From assembly GCF_001194135.2 (NCBI RefSeq), contig NC_068996.1:36775538-36839537 (forward strand): a stretch of DNA of 64,000 bases, read 5' to 3'. Origin of the DNA: Octopus bimaculoides. Its lineage: Eukaryota. The position numbers and the translations under genes are program-made. The first letter of the stretch is position 1, and each line of letters begins with the position of its first letter. The notes under the pieces were generated by a model that saw only the letters and a list, made by a program, of their open reading frames with translations, made no database searches and had not been told where the DNA came from. Below are positions 12,831 through 26,520 of the stretch, piece after piece.

Positions 12831-13244
12831 CAAACTAAATCTCCAGATTTCAACTCAAAATGTAAATGAGTAGTATAAAATATTTTATCCCAACAGTCCA
12901 CCACTTTCCTTGCCAATTAGCTGTGTCTAGAGATAGATTTTATCATTGTAGTTTAATTCTTAATCTAGTAAAACACTTAAGCAGAGATTAATTACTAGGA
13001 AACAAATTAACTTAATTCAGATTAATATATTTACACAGATTAAATTTAATAAGATATTAAAAGCATCGCTTTAGCAATTAATTTTTTTAAAATCATACAG
13101 ACAGATTTTATACCCATCAAGAGATTTACATATTTCCAAGCCTCTTATGTTGGATCTAGAAAACCCTCCAAGTTCAAAATCAATGTAGGATTAGTAAAGT
13201 GTTATAACCAAAGATATCAAAACATATGAACAAGTGAATATTAA

Positions 13245-13465
13245 CCATTTAGCATTTAAACGGGCCATATCTGGCCCAAATATTCTTCCTGTTTTATGTT
13301 CAAATTGACTTGATCTGGCTTCTCACACCAACCCTACAATACCATTCTAAAAATAAACAGTGACATCATTGAAATCGCACAGCTACAAGATAACACATCA
13401 TTAATTCAAAACAGTGTGAATAAAAAAAGCATTACTTTTGACAAAATAATGTGAATGCTAAAAGG
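13245..13465. mobile_element. TTAA-flanked piggyBac-like MITE, family 1
   Basis: ttaa|ccatttagcattt...gaatgctaaaagg ends; interior shared with the other family-1 copies. Confidence 0.7.
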
Positions 13466-14479
13466 TCAATAACAAGAGAACTAGGGGTTGAGTTGACTCA
13501 TTACAAAACAGGCAAGATTACTAGTGATAGACCTGTTACAACTCAATTGTTGTGCACAATACACTATCAATGATGTCATCAAAATAATACATATTGTGTT
13601 TAGTTTTTTTTAAATGTCTTTGCTCACTTATTAAATGGTAGTAGATAATGCTGGTTAACTCAAGGTACAATCATACACACTGGACTACTGATCATAAGGT
13701 CATAAACTGAAACCTTATCACTAAAGACATAAGTCATACATATTACCACTGGATTTTCATTATTTTCCTACACCAAGTTTCTATCACCTTCTATCTCAAA
13801 CTCTTCTATAATCTGCTTCACAACTTATTCTATAAACATTCATCTAAAACTAAAGGAGTCTACATGTAGGTGACATTCTAATAAGTCTATTAAAGAAATT
13901 AAAAAATGTTGATATAACAGGCTTTTAAAATGGTTTGCAGTTATTAGTCTAGGATTATACAGCTGCTCAATGTGGTAGAAAGAGCAACTAAATCTTAATT
14001 TATTTATTCCTTATTACCTTAAAAAGAAAGATAATATAAATCTACTGCTTCTGATAAAAAGTCTCACATATGGTACCCACAACATATTCTTGGATCTCTT
14101 TACATTTATCTTTTCTAATAAAAGAAACTATTCCAGCAACATGGTTCTCTTTTTGTCTGTTGCCTCAATCACAGTCTTATCCCATGTCATTTCTGCTTCC
14201 ACTTCAACCCATAAGCTTGTCATAACCCTTCCACTTCAATGTATTCTCACCCTCATTTCTTGTCTAAATGTCTACTGCCATCACATCCACCTGTTCTTGT
14301 TACATTTTAACATTGATATTTAACAGACCAATCTCCTTCTCTCTTCTAACTTCACCCCATCATTACACCTTTCAGAGCCCTTTTCACCCACCAATTCAAT
14401 CAGCTTTTATTCAGACATCATCTCAAACATCAAAGCCTGATCTAACCTAACTTGCCCCACATGATGCTGTGACTCTACC

Positions 14480-14920
14480 CCAGTCCTTACATGCCATTTT
14501 TTGAAGCTAAACATTCATAACCCTCATTCAATCTGCCAATGAATTCCAGACTCAAACTGACACCGAGCAGCTCCTGTGTCACAATAACTAGTGTGCTTTT
14601 TTGCCACAACATATCTATGGGGCTAAGAAATATTAACTGCTTTACCAGTCTCAGCTAGCAACTATCTAAAAGGATAACCTGCCCAAGACACTTCAAAACA
14701 GTTCACCAGCTTGTGCTACTATACTGTGAACCATTCCAATTCAAAAGTATTTAAGACATCTAAACATCTGGGCCAAACTGTTTTCCAGTCCTATTTACAA
14801 TTACATAAGAGCAGAACATGCAGGTAGTAAAACCTATTCTTTACTTCCAGAATGCCTTCTGAGTTTTCCAAAGCCGGATCTCCTACCAACTACACTAGCT
14901 GTTATTTAATGTCAAGCTTT
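14480..14920 (+). mobile_element. Possible CR1-type LINE 3' relic
   Basis: Only faint similarity to the CR1 C-terminus; very degenerate. Confidence 0.25.
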
Positions 14921-16675
14921 TGATCAAAGGCATTCCAGCCTTGACTACCTCATCTTTTATTCAGCCTTATTGAATGATATAATATAATCCTAGATGGCAA
15001 GACATACTTTGATGGAAATTTGGCTGCTTTTTGTAGCAGATCAATCAATCATGAGCCTCATCCCTCATAAGCTCATCAGCCACACTAGTACATTTGGTAC
15101 TTTGAATTTGGAAATGCCATCTACACTGAGCTAACTACCATTCTACAGTAGATTTTACCAGAAGAAACAAATTAACATACAGAAGTCCTGAACTTGGATA
15201 AAAGAGAAAATTTTGAGTCTTAATGAATGGCCACTTATGGATTTCATTTTTGCTAGTTCTGAGTTTTAATACTCTTATTTATATGTCTTCATCTATACTC
15301 AAGGGCCATTCAACCATGCTTTGGCCCTTTAATACACAGTAAAAAAAAAAGTGAAAAGTTGTCTGTAAGTAAATGAATACAAGTTATAGTTTATTCTTAG
15401 ATAACTTTCCTAAAACTATAATGAGTATAGCTCTATATAAACTAAACCCATCTTGCATAAACTTCCTAAAACCTGTACCTTGTGGTATGTGTCATTACTC
15501 TCTAGTGCTTCTTTATCCTGTAACATGAATGCACAACTAAGTCAAACACTAGTGAAAATTGAAAAATGATCAAGATGTCTTTGATGCTTTCTACATCCAA
15601 GCAACTCATTGTCAAAGGAACCTGCAGCCTTCTTTGTATTTCCATCATCTCCACTTCATTAAAACAGATTTCTTTCTTAGCAATCACTAAGAGCAAGTAA
15701 GCCCTTTTTATCATTTTAGAAAAGTTTTACTTATATCTTTTACTTCTTTCAGTCATTAGACTGCGGTCATACTGGGGCACCAAGTGAAGAATTTTGACTG
15801 AAGAGTTTTGGTCCAACAAATCAACACCAGTATTTTTTTTTTTACCTTTTAACCTTTTTGATACCAACACAGCTGAAACTGCCTGTCTCTGTAGTACAAA
15901 TGTCTTGTTTTCAAAAGTTCTGAATTAAAATCTTCCACCAAACATCAGTCAATTTATGTTCCTAACACTAGTTTAATGATAACTAAGTTATTATACTAAA
16001 TTCTTGGTTATATTTAAAATTAATTGAAACAAACACAGAACATCCCAAAATAATTACAGTAACGAAAGGGTGGTACTTATTTTGTCAGTCTCTTTTGCTG
16101 AACTGCTAAGTTACAGGGATTAAACACATCGACTACCAGTTGTCAAGCAGAGAAGGGGACAGACAGAAACACATGCACATAAGATATATGATGAGCTTCT
16201 TTCAGTTTCCGTCTACCAAATCTACTCCCCACAAGGCTTTGGTCAGCCCAAAACTAAAGCAGAAGATGCATGCCCAAAGTGCTATGCAGTGGGACTGAAC
16301 CTACGATCAATTTTTTTTTCTAAAAATTGTTACAAAATTTATATACACCAAAAATCCATTAAATGCTAAATTTGTTCTAATTGTATTTGCTAAAAATAAA
16401 CAACAACAAAATCGTTTTAGGAAATTCAAACTGCCAGAAATAATTTTGTCTCTAGGTTTGGAAAATGTGTATTCTTTACGAACAGAAAATTTCGATTTCT
16501 AAATATTTTTTTTTTCTTCTTTTTTAAGGAAAATTTGAAGAAAACATTCCTACAGAGATAACTTCATTATATTTCTTGCTCTCAAGAACAAATAAAACAA
16601 ATACATCTTCCATGAGCAATAACTCAACAACAAAAGTATCCTGCAATATAGTAGTAAACAGAAAAGTCTAATTTA

Positions 16676-16711
<36 letters not shown>

Positions 16712-17111
16712 AAAGATGCAGCTAGTACACAACATTAAAAAAATCATACCCACCCACATCACCACTACACTTATAAATAACAAACAATTAACACTGTTCT
16801 TTCTCTCTCTAATCACTGTGTGTGTGTGTGTGTGTGTATATGTGGATGTGTGCATATGAGGGAGCGCTGTAAAGCTCTTGGCTTTGGGTAAAAGAAAATT
16901 CAGGAGGATTAGTTAATTGTGATTTTATTCAACATATTCGCTTCCCAGATTCACATGCTTAACTGCAGTCAGTGATCCTTCAGTTTTCCTAAGCCCTGTA
17001 AAAGAACTAAGAAGGTTGGGCCTCTAACCAGGCCTTTCACAATATCCTTAAAGCCAGGAACTTTTCAAGCCCTCCTCATATACATGTATACTATCTATCT
17101 ATCTATCTATC

Positions 17112-17145
<34 letters not shown>

Positions 17146-17419
17146 NNNNNNNNNNNNNNNNNNNNNNNNNNNNNNNNNNNNNNNNNNNNNNNNNNNNNNN
17201 NNNNNNNNNNNNNNNNNNNNNNNNNNNNNNNNNNNNNNNNNNNNNNNNNNNNNNNNNNNNNNNNNNNNNNNNNNNNNNNNNNNNNNNNNNNNNNNNNNNN
17301 NNNNNNNNNNNNNNNNNNNNNNNNNNNNNNNNNNNNNNNNATGGGTTTCTGCCCCGACATCTGAAACTCAGAGTTTTATCATGGCTACCGAATAATTGCC
17401 ACATATTATTTACAGATAC

Positions 17420-17451
<32 letters not shown>

Positions 17452-17508
17452 CAGAATGAAATAAAAATCTAAGGGTGCGAAAGATTTCAGAACATTTATA
17501 AATAGAAG

Positions 17509-17555
17509 GTCTTACAGCTGTTTCCAGGATATTTTATATATCCCTTCATCGGAGA
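17509..17555 (-). ncRNA. Antisense-arm copy of the hammerhead motif
   Basis: Minus strand reads ctct CCGATGA agggatat ataaa atatcctg GAAAC AGCT GTA agac. Confidence 0.55.
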
Positions 17556-17806
17556 GGTGATTAAATGGTTAAGCAATAGTTATTCTAGAGAAGATATGAA
17601 ATAGAGAGTGAAGTGGAGGAATGAAAATAGACGTGAGATATGCAGGGATATTGTATCTGCAGGTCCATTATTTAGGCAGAATGGTATACATATAAGTTTC
17701 CTGTACCTTGTGTGTAAGTTCCAATAGTATTTAAAATTAGTCATTCCAAGTATAGAGTTTGTAGACAGTGTTATTGAATCCACCATCTTAACCATTTTCT
17801 CACATT

Positions 17807-17854
17807 GTCTCCGATGAAGGGATATATAAAATATCTCGGAAACAGCTGTAAGAC
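17807..17854 (+). ncRNA. Minimal type I hammerhead ribozyme motif
   Basis: Stem I GTCT/AGAC; core CCGATGA (U4C variant of CUGANGA); stem II GGGATAT/ATATCTC; GAAA; stem III C-AGCT-G with palindromic loop; GTA cleavage triplet. Confidence 0.6.
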
Positions 17855-20800
17855 TCCTTCATAAATGTTCTGAAATCTTTCACAGCCTTGGATTTTTATC
17901 TTATTCTGTTAATTTTTTATATATACGCATGCTGATATATGACCTACATTGGACTCCTCATTCGCATATTCACCGAACCTGGAGCTTGACTATAGTCTGT
18001 TCATAGCACTTACTCAGCATTACCTGACACCTTTGGGTCTTCTTGATACCATTACCTCCTCTCATAACCTATATATATATATACATATGTATACATGTAT
18101 GTGTGTTTGTGTACGTATGTACATACATATATATATCAGTGGTTGTCCATCATAGGTAAATACCAACTTTTCTGTTCAGACTTTTGCTGAACAAAATACC
18201 TTTGAAAGGTGCTTATGGCAGCTGGTATCATTCTCCTATCACCACCAGGCTGCCTCCTGGGCTTCCATGCCAAGTACCAAGTTATGTACAAGACTGCAAC
18301 AAACATGGTTGACAATGTGATTGCCCTGCTGTAGCACTTCACTTGCTAGCTGGCACCTAACTGTTGCCTAATGGTACAGATCTTCTGCTAAGCCACAATA
18401 ACCTTTAAGCCATTGGTCTAGAACTCCTTCGCCTTGTCAGATATTCAATGTCCTGCTGCCAATATCCTCACTGTATCACTGGCATGGGAAGCTAAGGGGT
18501 CACTAGCACATACATAAGGCACCACTTCAGTTTATGGACAGAAGGGGTGACTTACTCTACTTTTTACAGCCTGCCACATATGAGAAAGTGCTGAAAAGTT
18601 CCTGGTTTTGAGTAAAAGAAACTACAGGAGGATCAGTTGATTATGATTTTATGCAACATATTTCCCTCTCAGATTCACACACTTATTGCAGGTAACACTC
18701 AGAGAAGCAAGAAACCAATTTGACCAAAATCAAAAAAATGTTTACTTTCTATTATGGTATCGAAAACTGCCTCTTCCTGACAGTCAACATTAAATAGAAT
18801 AAAATCCACTTTTCCATACTTGCATATATAAGGCAGAATTTGCTAAGGTGAATTTTCTTCAGCTGGATGCCCTTCCTGTGGCCAACTGTCACCTGTTCAC
18901 AAACAAGGTAATACCTTTTTATGGAAGACTGGAAACAAAAAGCCTCACTTGTATGGCAGTGATGTTCATGTACAACCATACATATGTATGTGTGTGTGTG
19001 TGCATAAGTATGCTTGTGTATATGAGTTCATGTGTCTCCTTGACAACATGTGATAATTGTAGACAGGCTTTACTGTCGTACAAATGAAATTGTTTTCAGT
19101 CTTCTTTGAAAAATGTCTGGCCATAAGGAATTATTAACTAGCTTTGCAAGCAGGTGATAACTAACAACAGGACGGGCATCTGGCTATAGAAAATCTGCCT
19201 TAACAAATTTCATCAACTAAATCCATTCCTAAGGCTTTGGTTAATCTGGGGCTACAGTAAAAGGCACTTACCCAAGACCACAGGGCTAAGAAGCAATCCT
19301 CTCAATTATTAACCCAACTATCCCACCCCATTTATCTCCATCATCAATCTGAAAGCTCTTGTCGAGATTATTGGCACTACTCCCTTTCTTCCAACCACTC
19401 AGCCCTTGGACGAATAAAAATCAAATTAAGCTAGACAATGATTCCATCATCAATGGAATATTTTAAAATCAATTCTCATTAAAACATTCTTATGAAATAT
19501 CACAAAAGAAAATAATGAAAGCAAAAACAAAGTCATCAAAACCTTCCCATTTGAAACATAATCAATAAAATTTTAGAATCTAAAAGTTATCCTCAAAAGA
19601 ACTTGTTTTATGAAAGGTATGTTCCACTATATGTTCCACAATACTTAACAGAAGAGTGGGTACTTTGTGAACAAGGAGTTAGTGTTAACAACATTCTACC
19701 TCAAAATAATCATAATCTAAAAAGCATGTAACGTAAAATAATTATGATAAAAAAATAAAAAACTATGACAAATTAGAAAAATTGGGATAAAAATGTTGAT
19801 ACATCCATACATACAATATGCTATTAAAATTTAAAAAATACAAAGAAATGATATGAAATTTCAAGCAGAGTAATTATGATCTGCTAAACGAAAAACTATT
19901 TTCCTAAGTGATCTAATTTTTGAAAAAGTGTTTTTCTCCTAGGAACTTTATATATATATATATATATATNNNNNNNNNNNNNNNNNNNNNNNNNNNNNNN
20001 NNNNNNNNNNNNNNNNNNNNNNNNNNNNNNNNNNNNNNNNNNNNNNNNNNNNNNNNNNNNNNNNNNNNNNNNNNNNNNNNNNNNNNNNNNNNNNNNNNNN
20101 NNNNNNNNNNNNNNNNNNNNNNNNNNNTTATTGTTGATACATAATTTACAATATTTTTGGCACATGATTACACAATTATTATTATTGTTATGAAAAGAAT
20201 GCATCTCAAAATTGATAAATTCAATCATCATTAATTTTTTTTTATTCTCTTAATATATTTAAAAATCAAAAAGTTTTTAGTCTTCATAGTTAACTCAAAA
20301 CAATTTTACAAACAAAACTATGCCTACAAACCCAGAAATTACCATGCATATGTGTTGTCTAATCTAAGTTTTGCAATGCACTAATTAAAAGAAAATAGCA
20401 AGAAAATTATAAAAATATATACTACTAATATATTCATTAACCTACTTCTTTTATTATATCCTATATTTCTACTAATGATATAAACATACTGTGATACAAT
20501 AAAAGCAGATACTGAAAAATTTGTGTAATAGGTCACTGTAACCTATTTATTACATTTAAATGAGATAGATCTGACACATTATTTCACATGACTTATTTTC
20601 CAATCAGTACAAAAATTAAACCCTTTAATTAGGTGAATCTTTAATAAATGTAAAATCTTAAAATTAAATTGACTTTGATTAGTATAATCATATTGACCAA
20701 ATTAAAAGGAAACTGAAATTCAAAAGCCATTATAAGCATAAAAACATTATTGATAGAACAAATAAGAGGTGAGATAGAAATTTGTGTTGAAATAAGTATC

Positions 20801-21849
20801 CTGGCTGTGTAGAGTCCATGTGTAGAAATAGTATATTGTGGGTCACATATCAGGATACAGACAATGAGTGACAACAGCTTAAGTGAAATTCAACCTTGTT
20901 ATAACTATAGCTATTTTCTCAAGTGGTTAACATAAAAATAGAGTTAAAAGAGTAGGGGCACTAGATTTTGATGTTTGTTCACAATAAAATGAAGGGAGTT
21001 GGAGAAGAAATTAAAAAGGAAAAAAAAATGCTACAGTAATTGTGGCATGGTAAAATGGAAATTATTATTAACATAATTTTAATAAGACTATTTAATAAGA
21101 ATGACTAGTGAATGGATAAATTTTATAAAAGAACAAAATCTCAATTGTTTTAAATAGATTTCATCTCAAATTTCATTTAGTTTATATTTTACATTTTTAA
21201 AATTTGTTTTGCATAAACATCTCAAATGATTCCATAAATCCTTGAGAATGTCCTCCAGCCCCCAACTGTCATCTAAATACCTATAAAATACAAAGAATTA
21301 GGGTGTTCAGACATCTAGTTTTAGGTTGGGAAGTTCAACTTTGGCGCATTCTGTCCTCCATTCGAGTTGTCAACACCTGAACAGGATGCTAATTTGTTCT
21401 CTGTCTTGGGATCTGATTTCAAAATTTATATAAATTACCTCAAAAATATCAAACTTAAAACAGAAGAAAAAAAAACCTTTGCAAATACAGAATTTTGCTG
21501 CCTTTTCACTTGACACCTATTTCTCCTACTCACTTCATTCCATTTTTCTTCCATCTCTCTCATCCAGTTTCTCTCTCTTACTACTTCCTATCCACATATG
21601 AAGCTCCTATGGTCCTGCATTCCTTATCAGTTGCAGCCAGTCACTCAAAAATAAAGGATGTAAAACTTTGTTAACTCTTTGTAATTGCATTCCTATTAGT
21701 TTTTTTCCTGTAAAACACCGGATTTACCACTCCTCACAGCAAGTTCACTGTGTTTTTTTTAATCTTTTTTTTTGTTGATTTTGCTAAGCAATACAAGTCT
21801 TGCTGGCACAAGCCAACAGTCTCCTTGGATTCTGTTTTGATTATACAGA

Positions 21850-22140
21850 TACATGATGGACTATCTAGTCGAAGATGATCTATGAGCTTTCAGCTTTTTC
21901 CCGAACGATCTGCACAAATGACTTGTTTATAGTGCCACACATTAGCTCACTCTCTCCATCAAATTGATCTTGTCTGAACAGAGGTGCATGGTGTACCAAG
22001 CATCAGGTATTAAAATGATTGCAGAGCAATGTTTGATGAAGTGTTTTACTCAAGAACACAATGCACCACCCAGTCTAGGAATAGAAACCACGATCTTGTT
22101 GTCATGAGTGCAACACGCTAACCACTAAGACATGCACCCT
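21850..22140 (-). mobile_element. tRNA-derived SINE, third family
   Basis: Minus head gcatgtcttagtggttagcgtgttg...gtttctattcctagactgg. Related copies at 34120-34370(-) and 39791-40170(+). Confidence 0.65.
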
Positions 22141-22164
22141 CACACACACACATACACATACATA

Positions 22165-22291
22165 CAGGGTGTCCACAAGGTCTGGGTATATGGAGTAAAT
22201 AAAATCATAACACAAACAATTAAATATAAGAAATAATAATTTCTTAAAGTATGTGTTAATCTCCATGTACCCAGACTTTGTGGACACCCTG
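22165..22291. mobile_element. Tc1/mariner-type MITE
   Basis: About 31-bp TIRs cagggtgtccacaa(g/a)gtctgggta(t/c)atggag, with TA on both sides. Confidence 0.85.
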
Positions 22292-22696
22292 TATATATAT
22301 ATATATATATATATATAGGTGCAGGCATGGCTGTATAGTAAGAAAGTCTGCTTCCCAACCATGTGGCTTGAGGTTCAGTCCCACTGCATGATGACTTGAG
22401 CTAGTGTCTTCTACTATAGACATAGGCTGACTGAAAGAAACCTGTTGAGTGTTTGTGCATGTGCTACTGTACCTTTGCATTCAATTCACATGATAGTTGT
22501 ACATGAACATTGCTATCATGCAAGAAGTGTCCTTCATCACCAAACTTTCATGGAACATATCAGGTCATAAGGAAATATTACCGTACTTGGAAACAGGTGA
22601 GGGTTGGCGACAGGAGGGGGCTACAGAGAATCTACTACAATAAATTCCATTCAACTCATACAAACATAGAACTGTGAACGTTTATATATACACACA

Positions 22697-22739
<43 letters not shown>

Positions 22740-22966
22740 CATAGAGTAAATATCATTTCTAAAAATTTAGATAAAATGTAATGGCAATGTTACATGGGGT
22801 GTTTAGGTGTTTAAAAGAAATGGCAAGACTGTGGCAATACTACAGCCATGCTGGAGCACCACTTTTAGTTGAAGAAATCGACCCAGGACTTATTAAGCCA
22901 GTCTACCTGTCTCTTTTGCTGAACTGCTAAGTTTCATCAATTGTGAAGTGATGGTGTGTATGTATG

Positions 22967-23025
<59 letters not shown>

Positions 23026-23356
23026 GATGGGCTTCTTTCAGTTTCCATCTACCAAATCCACTCACAAGGCCTTGGTCAGCCCTAGGCTATAGTAGAAGAC
23101 ACCTACCCAAGGTGCCACATAGTGGTTGAGAAGCAAGTTTCTTACCACACAACCATGCCTGTACCTATGTTGACTTGAGCAGAACACTGATGGCATCAAT
23201 CTCACTTTGTCTGGGATGATTTAAAAAACCCATGGGCACTGGTCCTTTCTCTAAACCCAAGAAAATTTTTTAAAAGTCAGGGGAAAGAGCAGAGCATACT
23301 GGCTTTCACAGATCCTCCAAGAGACTTGGCTTTTGTATGAAGATAACCCACTAAAG

Positions 23357-23539
23357 CAGAGGTTCTCAACTTTTTCAATATCTGAGCCAGACCCAAAAGC
23401 TAGAATATTTTTAGGGGCTTGCACCAAAAAAATTAAAGCATATATCAATTAAAGAAAAATTTATATTTATAGAATGAAAACTGTCAGGGACCACTTGAAG
23501 GTTGCATGTAGCTGTAGGAGCTGCAGTTGAGAGCCTTTG
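23357..23539. mobile_element. hAT (Charlie-like) MITE
   Basis: TIRs cagaggttctcaact / agttgagagcctttg and an exact 8-bp TSD CACTAAAG. Confidence 0.8.
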
Positions 23540-24298
23540 CACTAAAGACACCCAGGAGCCAGATGGTATCAGTGGTGGTGGCAGTAGTGTTACATCAAAT
23601 GATGGAGTCAGTATCCCACTTAATAACAGGGTCAGCCTCTCCATGTTTTCACAGTTTCTATCTACCAAATTTCATTCACAAGGAAGTAAGAACTTGCTTA
23701 GATTGAACATGAAATCACTTGACTGTGAAGCGAACTTCTTAATTATACAGCCTGTTAAGTATGAACTTGTGGTTCAAATTATTTAAGAATTGTAATCAAG
23801 GCCCAGAAGTTAGTAAATGTTGAGCTTTTAATAATGAATAACATATTGCTTCAGTACCTCTGTCTACCAGAAAAGTTAAATAGTAAAACAAAGTTACTCT
23901 GGCTTGAATCAATTTTTTAAACATATTTGTTAAAATAAGCAAATTTTGCTATCAATAATCCATATAACTAGAAATTATAAACTGTATAAGGAAATAGAAA
24001 AGGGAAAAGTGCAATTACTGCAAACACCATATTCTTTTATACTTTCACTTATTTCAGTCATTAAATTGCAACCATGCTGGAGCACCACCATGAAAAATTT
24101 TTCAGGACAAGCAAATCAACCCCAGTACTTATTTTTAAAGCCTGATACTTATTGTATTGATTTCTTTTGCCGAACTGCTAAGTTATGGGGACATAACAAA
24201 TCAATAGTGGTTGTCAAGTGGTGGCGATACATATATATGCAGACACATACATATGCATACACACACAAGTACATACACACACACGCACATATATACAT

Positions 24299-24335
<37 letters not shown>

Positions 24336-25849
24336 CAACAATGAATTCTCTTATCATGAACAACAAATGAGGGTTCAGTAAAATAAAGTGTTGATTATGT
24401 TCTATGAACATGAACGTGTCTCATGAGGCCTGCTGGTGCCTCATGGAACAAGTCTATAACTCAGTTTGCTTGAGTGTTTGTGGATCATTTACTATGTGTT
24501 TTCTTGAGGCCTACTTTGCTTTTTGCCACAAAATCACAATGACAAGTGAGGTTTCCATTTTAAGGAGCCTCTATGCTTGCAAAGTTGGTCCTGATGTTGC
24601 AGTTGACTTTGCTCAAATCTTTGAACTAAAGAGAAGGACTGGTGTCAGGTCCTGTGGTTTGATGCTTTTATATTTATATATATATATATAAACATAGTAT
24701 AATAGTTTGTGAGACACAGGGCTGCAATGCACTCCAATGTCTGCTTTGGCATGATTTCCGCAGCTTGATGCATACAGTGTATACTGCATGCTTGTTTTTC
24801 TTTTTGGTTGTTGTTGTTTTTGCCATTGGGCATAATATTTACCAAGTAACTTGCAAGACAGGAAAGCACAAGAAAAGGGAAAAAGGAGGAAAAGGGGAAA
24901 ACATCTTTGACTAAGTGGGGGAATATTTGAGAGGGTAGCAAGAGGAGATTCTATGACAGTGATAAGCAGAGGTATCATATAATGGAGAAGATACATGGTT
25001 ACTCTGCTTTTATGTAAGGATGGGTGTGTGTGTGGGGGAGGGGAGAAAAAAGGTAAGTGGTAATGATGAGTGGCCAGAACAAAACCCTCAGGAAGCAACA
25101 GATGGTACTGACAGTGGATCTGGAGGGTGAGTAACAGATGGTTAGATAGGAGGGTTGAGGGGAATGTAGTGAGTGATGAACAGACTCACTGAGTGTGAAT
25201 ATCAATCCATACACACTTCTCTCCCTCACCATTTTGATTCTCTCTCTCTCTCTCTTTGTATACACACACACACAAAATTTCTTTTAAAAAATAACACCTT
25301 TCTCTGCTTTCACTGTCCATACCTGGCACCTGTGACAAACACTTGTAGTTATGTTGTAAACCACACAAACTCTTCACTTGTACTTCTTTTATTATTTATT
25401 ATCTTTATATATTTCCCTTTTACTTATATTTTTTCCTTATGTAAAATATCTATTTTTTTGTCAGTGTTTAACTATAAATTGTTTTCCCCTTTCGTTGGCC
25501 TTCTTTTATCCTATTTTGATCAGCTTTTAATTTCTTTCAATATTGTACTGTACACACACGACAAGCTTCTTTTAGTTTCCATCAATCAGATCTATTTACT
25601 TATAAGGCTTTGGTCAGCTTGGGGCTATTGTAGAAGGTACTTGCTCAAAGTGCCATGCAGTGGGACTAGATACACACACACACTCCCCCGCCCTCTCTCT
25701 CTCCATATACATTTTTTCTATACTTTCATGTAGGAGCTGGTTACAGCTCATGAGATTTTCACAGTCTCAGACTGGTGAGCTGTAAGAAACCAACACAACC
25801 TGCATACCTACAGGTCAGTTTCTGTAAATGAATATCATAAACCAGCATA

Positions 25850-26520
25850 GAAGGGAACCAATGGTCTGATCTAAAGGCAGAGGTGATAAGAAAAGGATGC
25901 CATGTCAAATAGCCCTCCTATGTTGTGTCCCATAAGCTGTCCATTCACATGGAGAGAGAGAGAGAGAGAGAGAGAGAAATAATTTGTTGCCTACAGTGAT
26001 TAAAAAAAAAACCCTGAAATTCTACCACCTTTTGTTACTGTAGCAACTACAGATTCATTACAACAAACTCCGACATTAATTAGGCTACCTAAGTAATGAA
26101 AACTACCTAATTCTTTAGCAAAATATCTGTAGAGTTTATGAATGCTTAAACCGGTAACTACTACCTTGTATATAATCACATCTGAAGTTCTGGCAATTGG
26201 CCAGAGATCCAAAGCACCTTTTCCATTTCCTCTCTCTCAACAGTGCTCTGAATACAAGTAGCAGTAAAATGAGAAGTACAAGCAAGACAGAACTCTTCAG
26301 TCCAACCACAGATAACCATTCGGCACAGGTAGCATGATGAGCAAAATGCAACCAGTCCATGCTGGGACATAAAAACACATGGCAAAGTAAAATACATGAT
26401 TCACAAAATAAATATAGCCAGTTGTCTGCTGCTGGATGTGCCAGAGATCATGGTTCACAGAGGTGCAATGAGATGTAACACCCATCTGATCCGTTCCAGT
26501 ATGGAAAACAAACACAAATT
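25850..26520 (-). mobile_element. Decayed RTE LINE fragment
   Basis: Minus frame SFHYLGSLINVGVCCNESVVA resembles the RTE YLG motif region. Confidence 0.55.

Larger units (their letters stand above)
17445..17916. mobile_element. Fold-back element (about 130-bp inverted arms), probably Penelope-like-derived, with a hammerhead motif in each arm
   Basis: 17445-17575 is the reverse complement of 17785-17916 with scattered mismatches. (TA)n lies on both sides. Confidence 0.75.

Noticed and set aside
18480-18570. HDV-like ribozyme (GCTAA followed by a G-run) near a possible RTE 5' relic
   Set aside because: I could not assemble the P1, P2 and P3 pairings.
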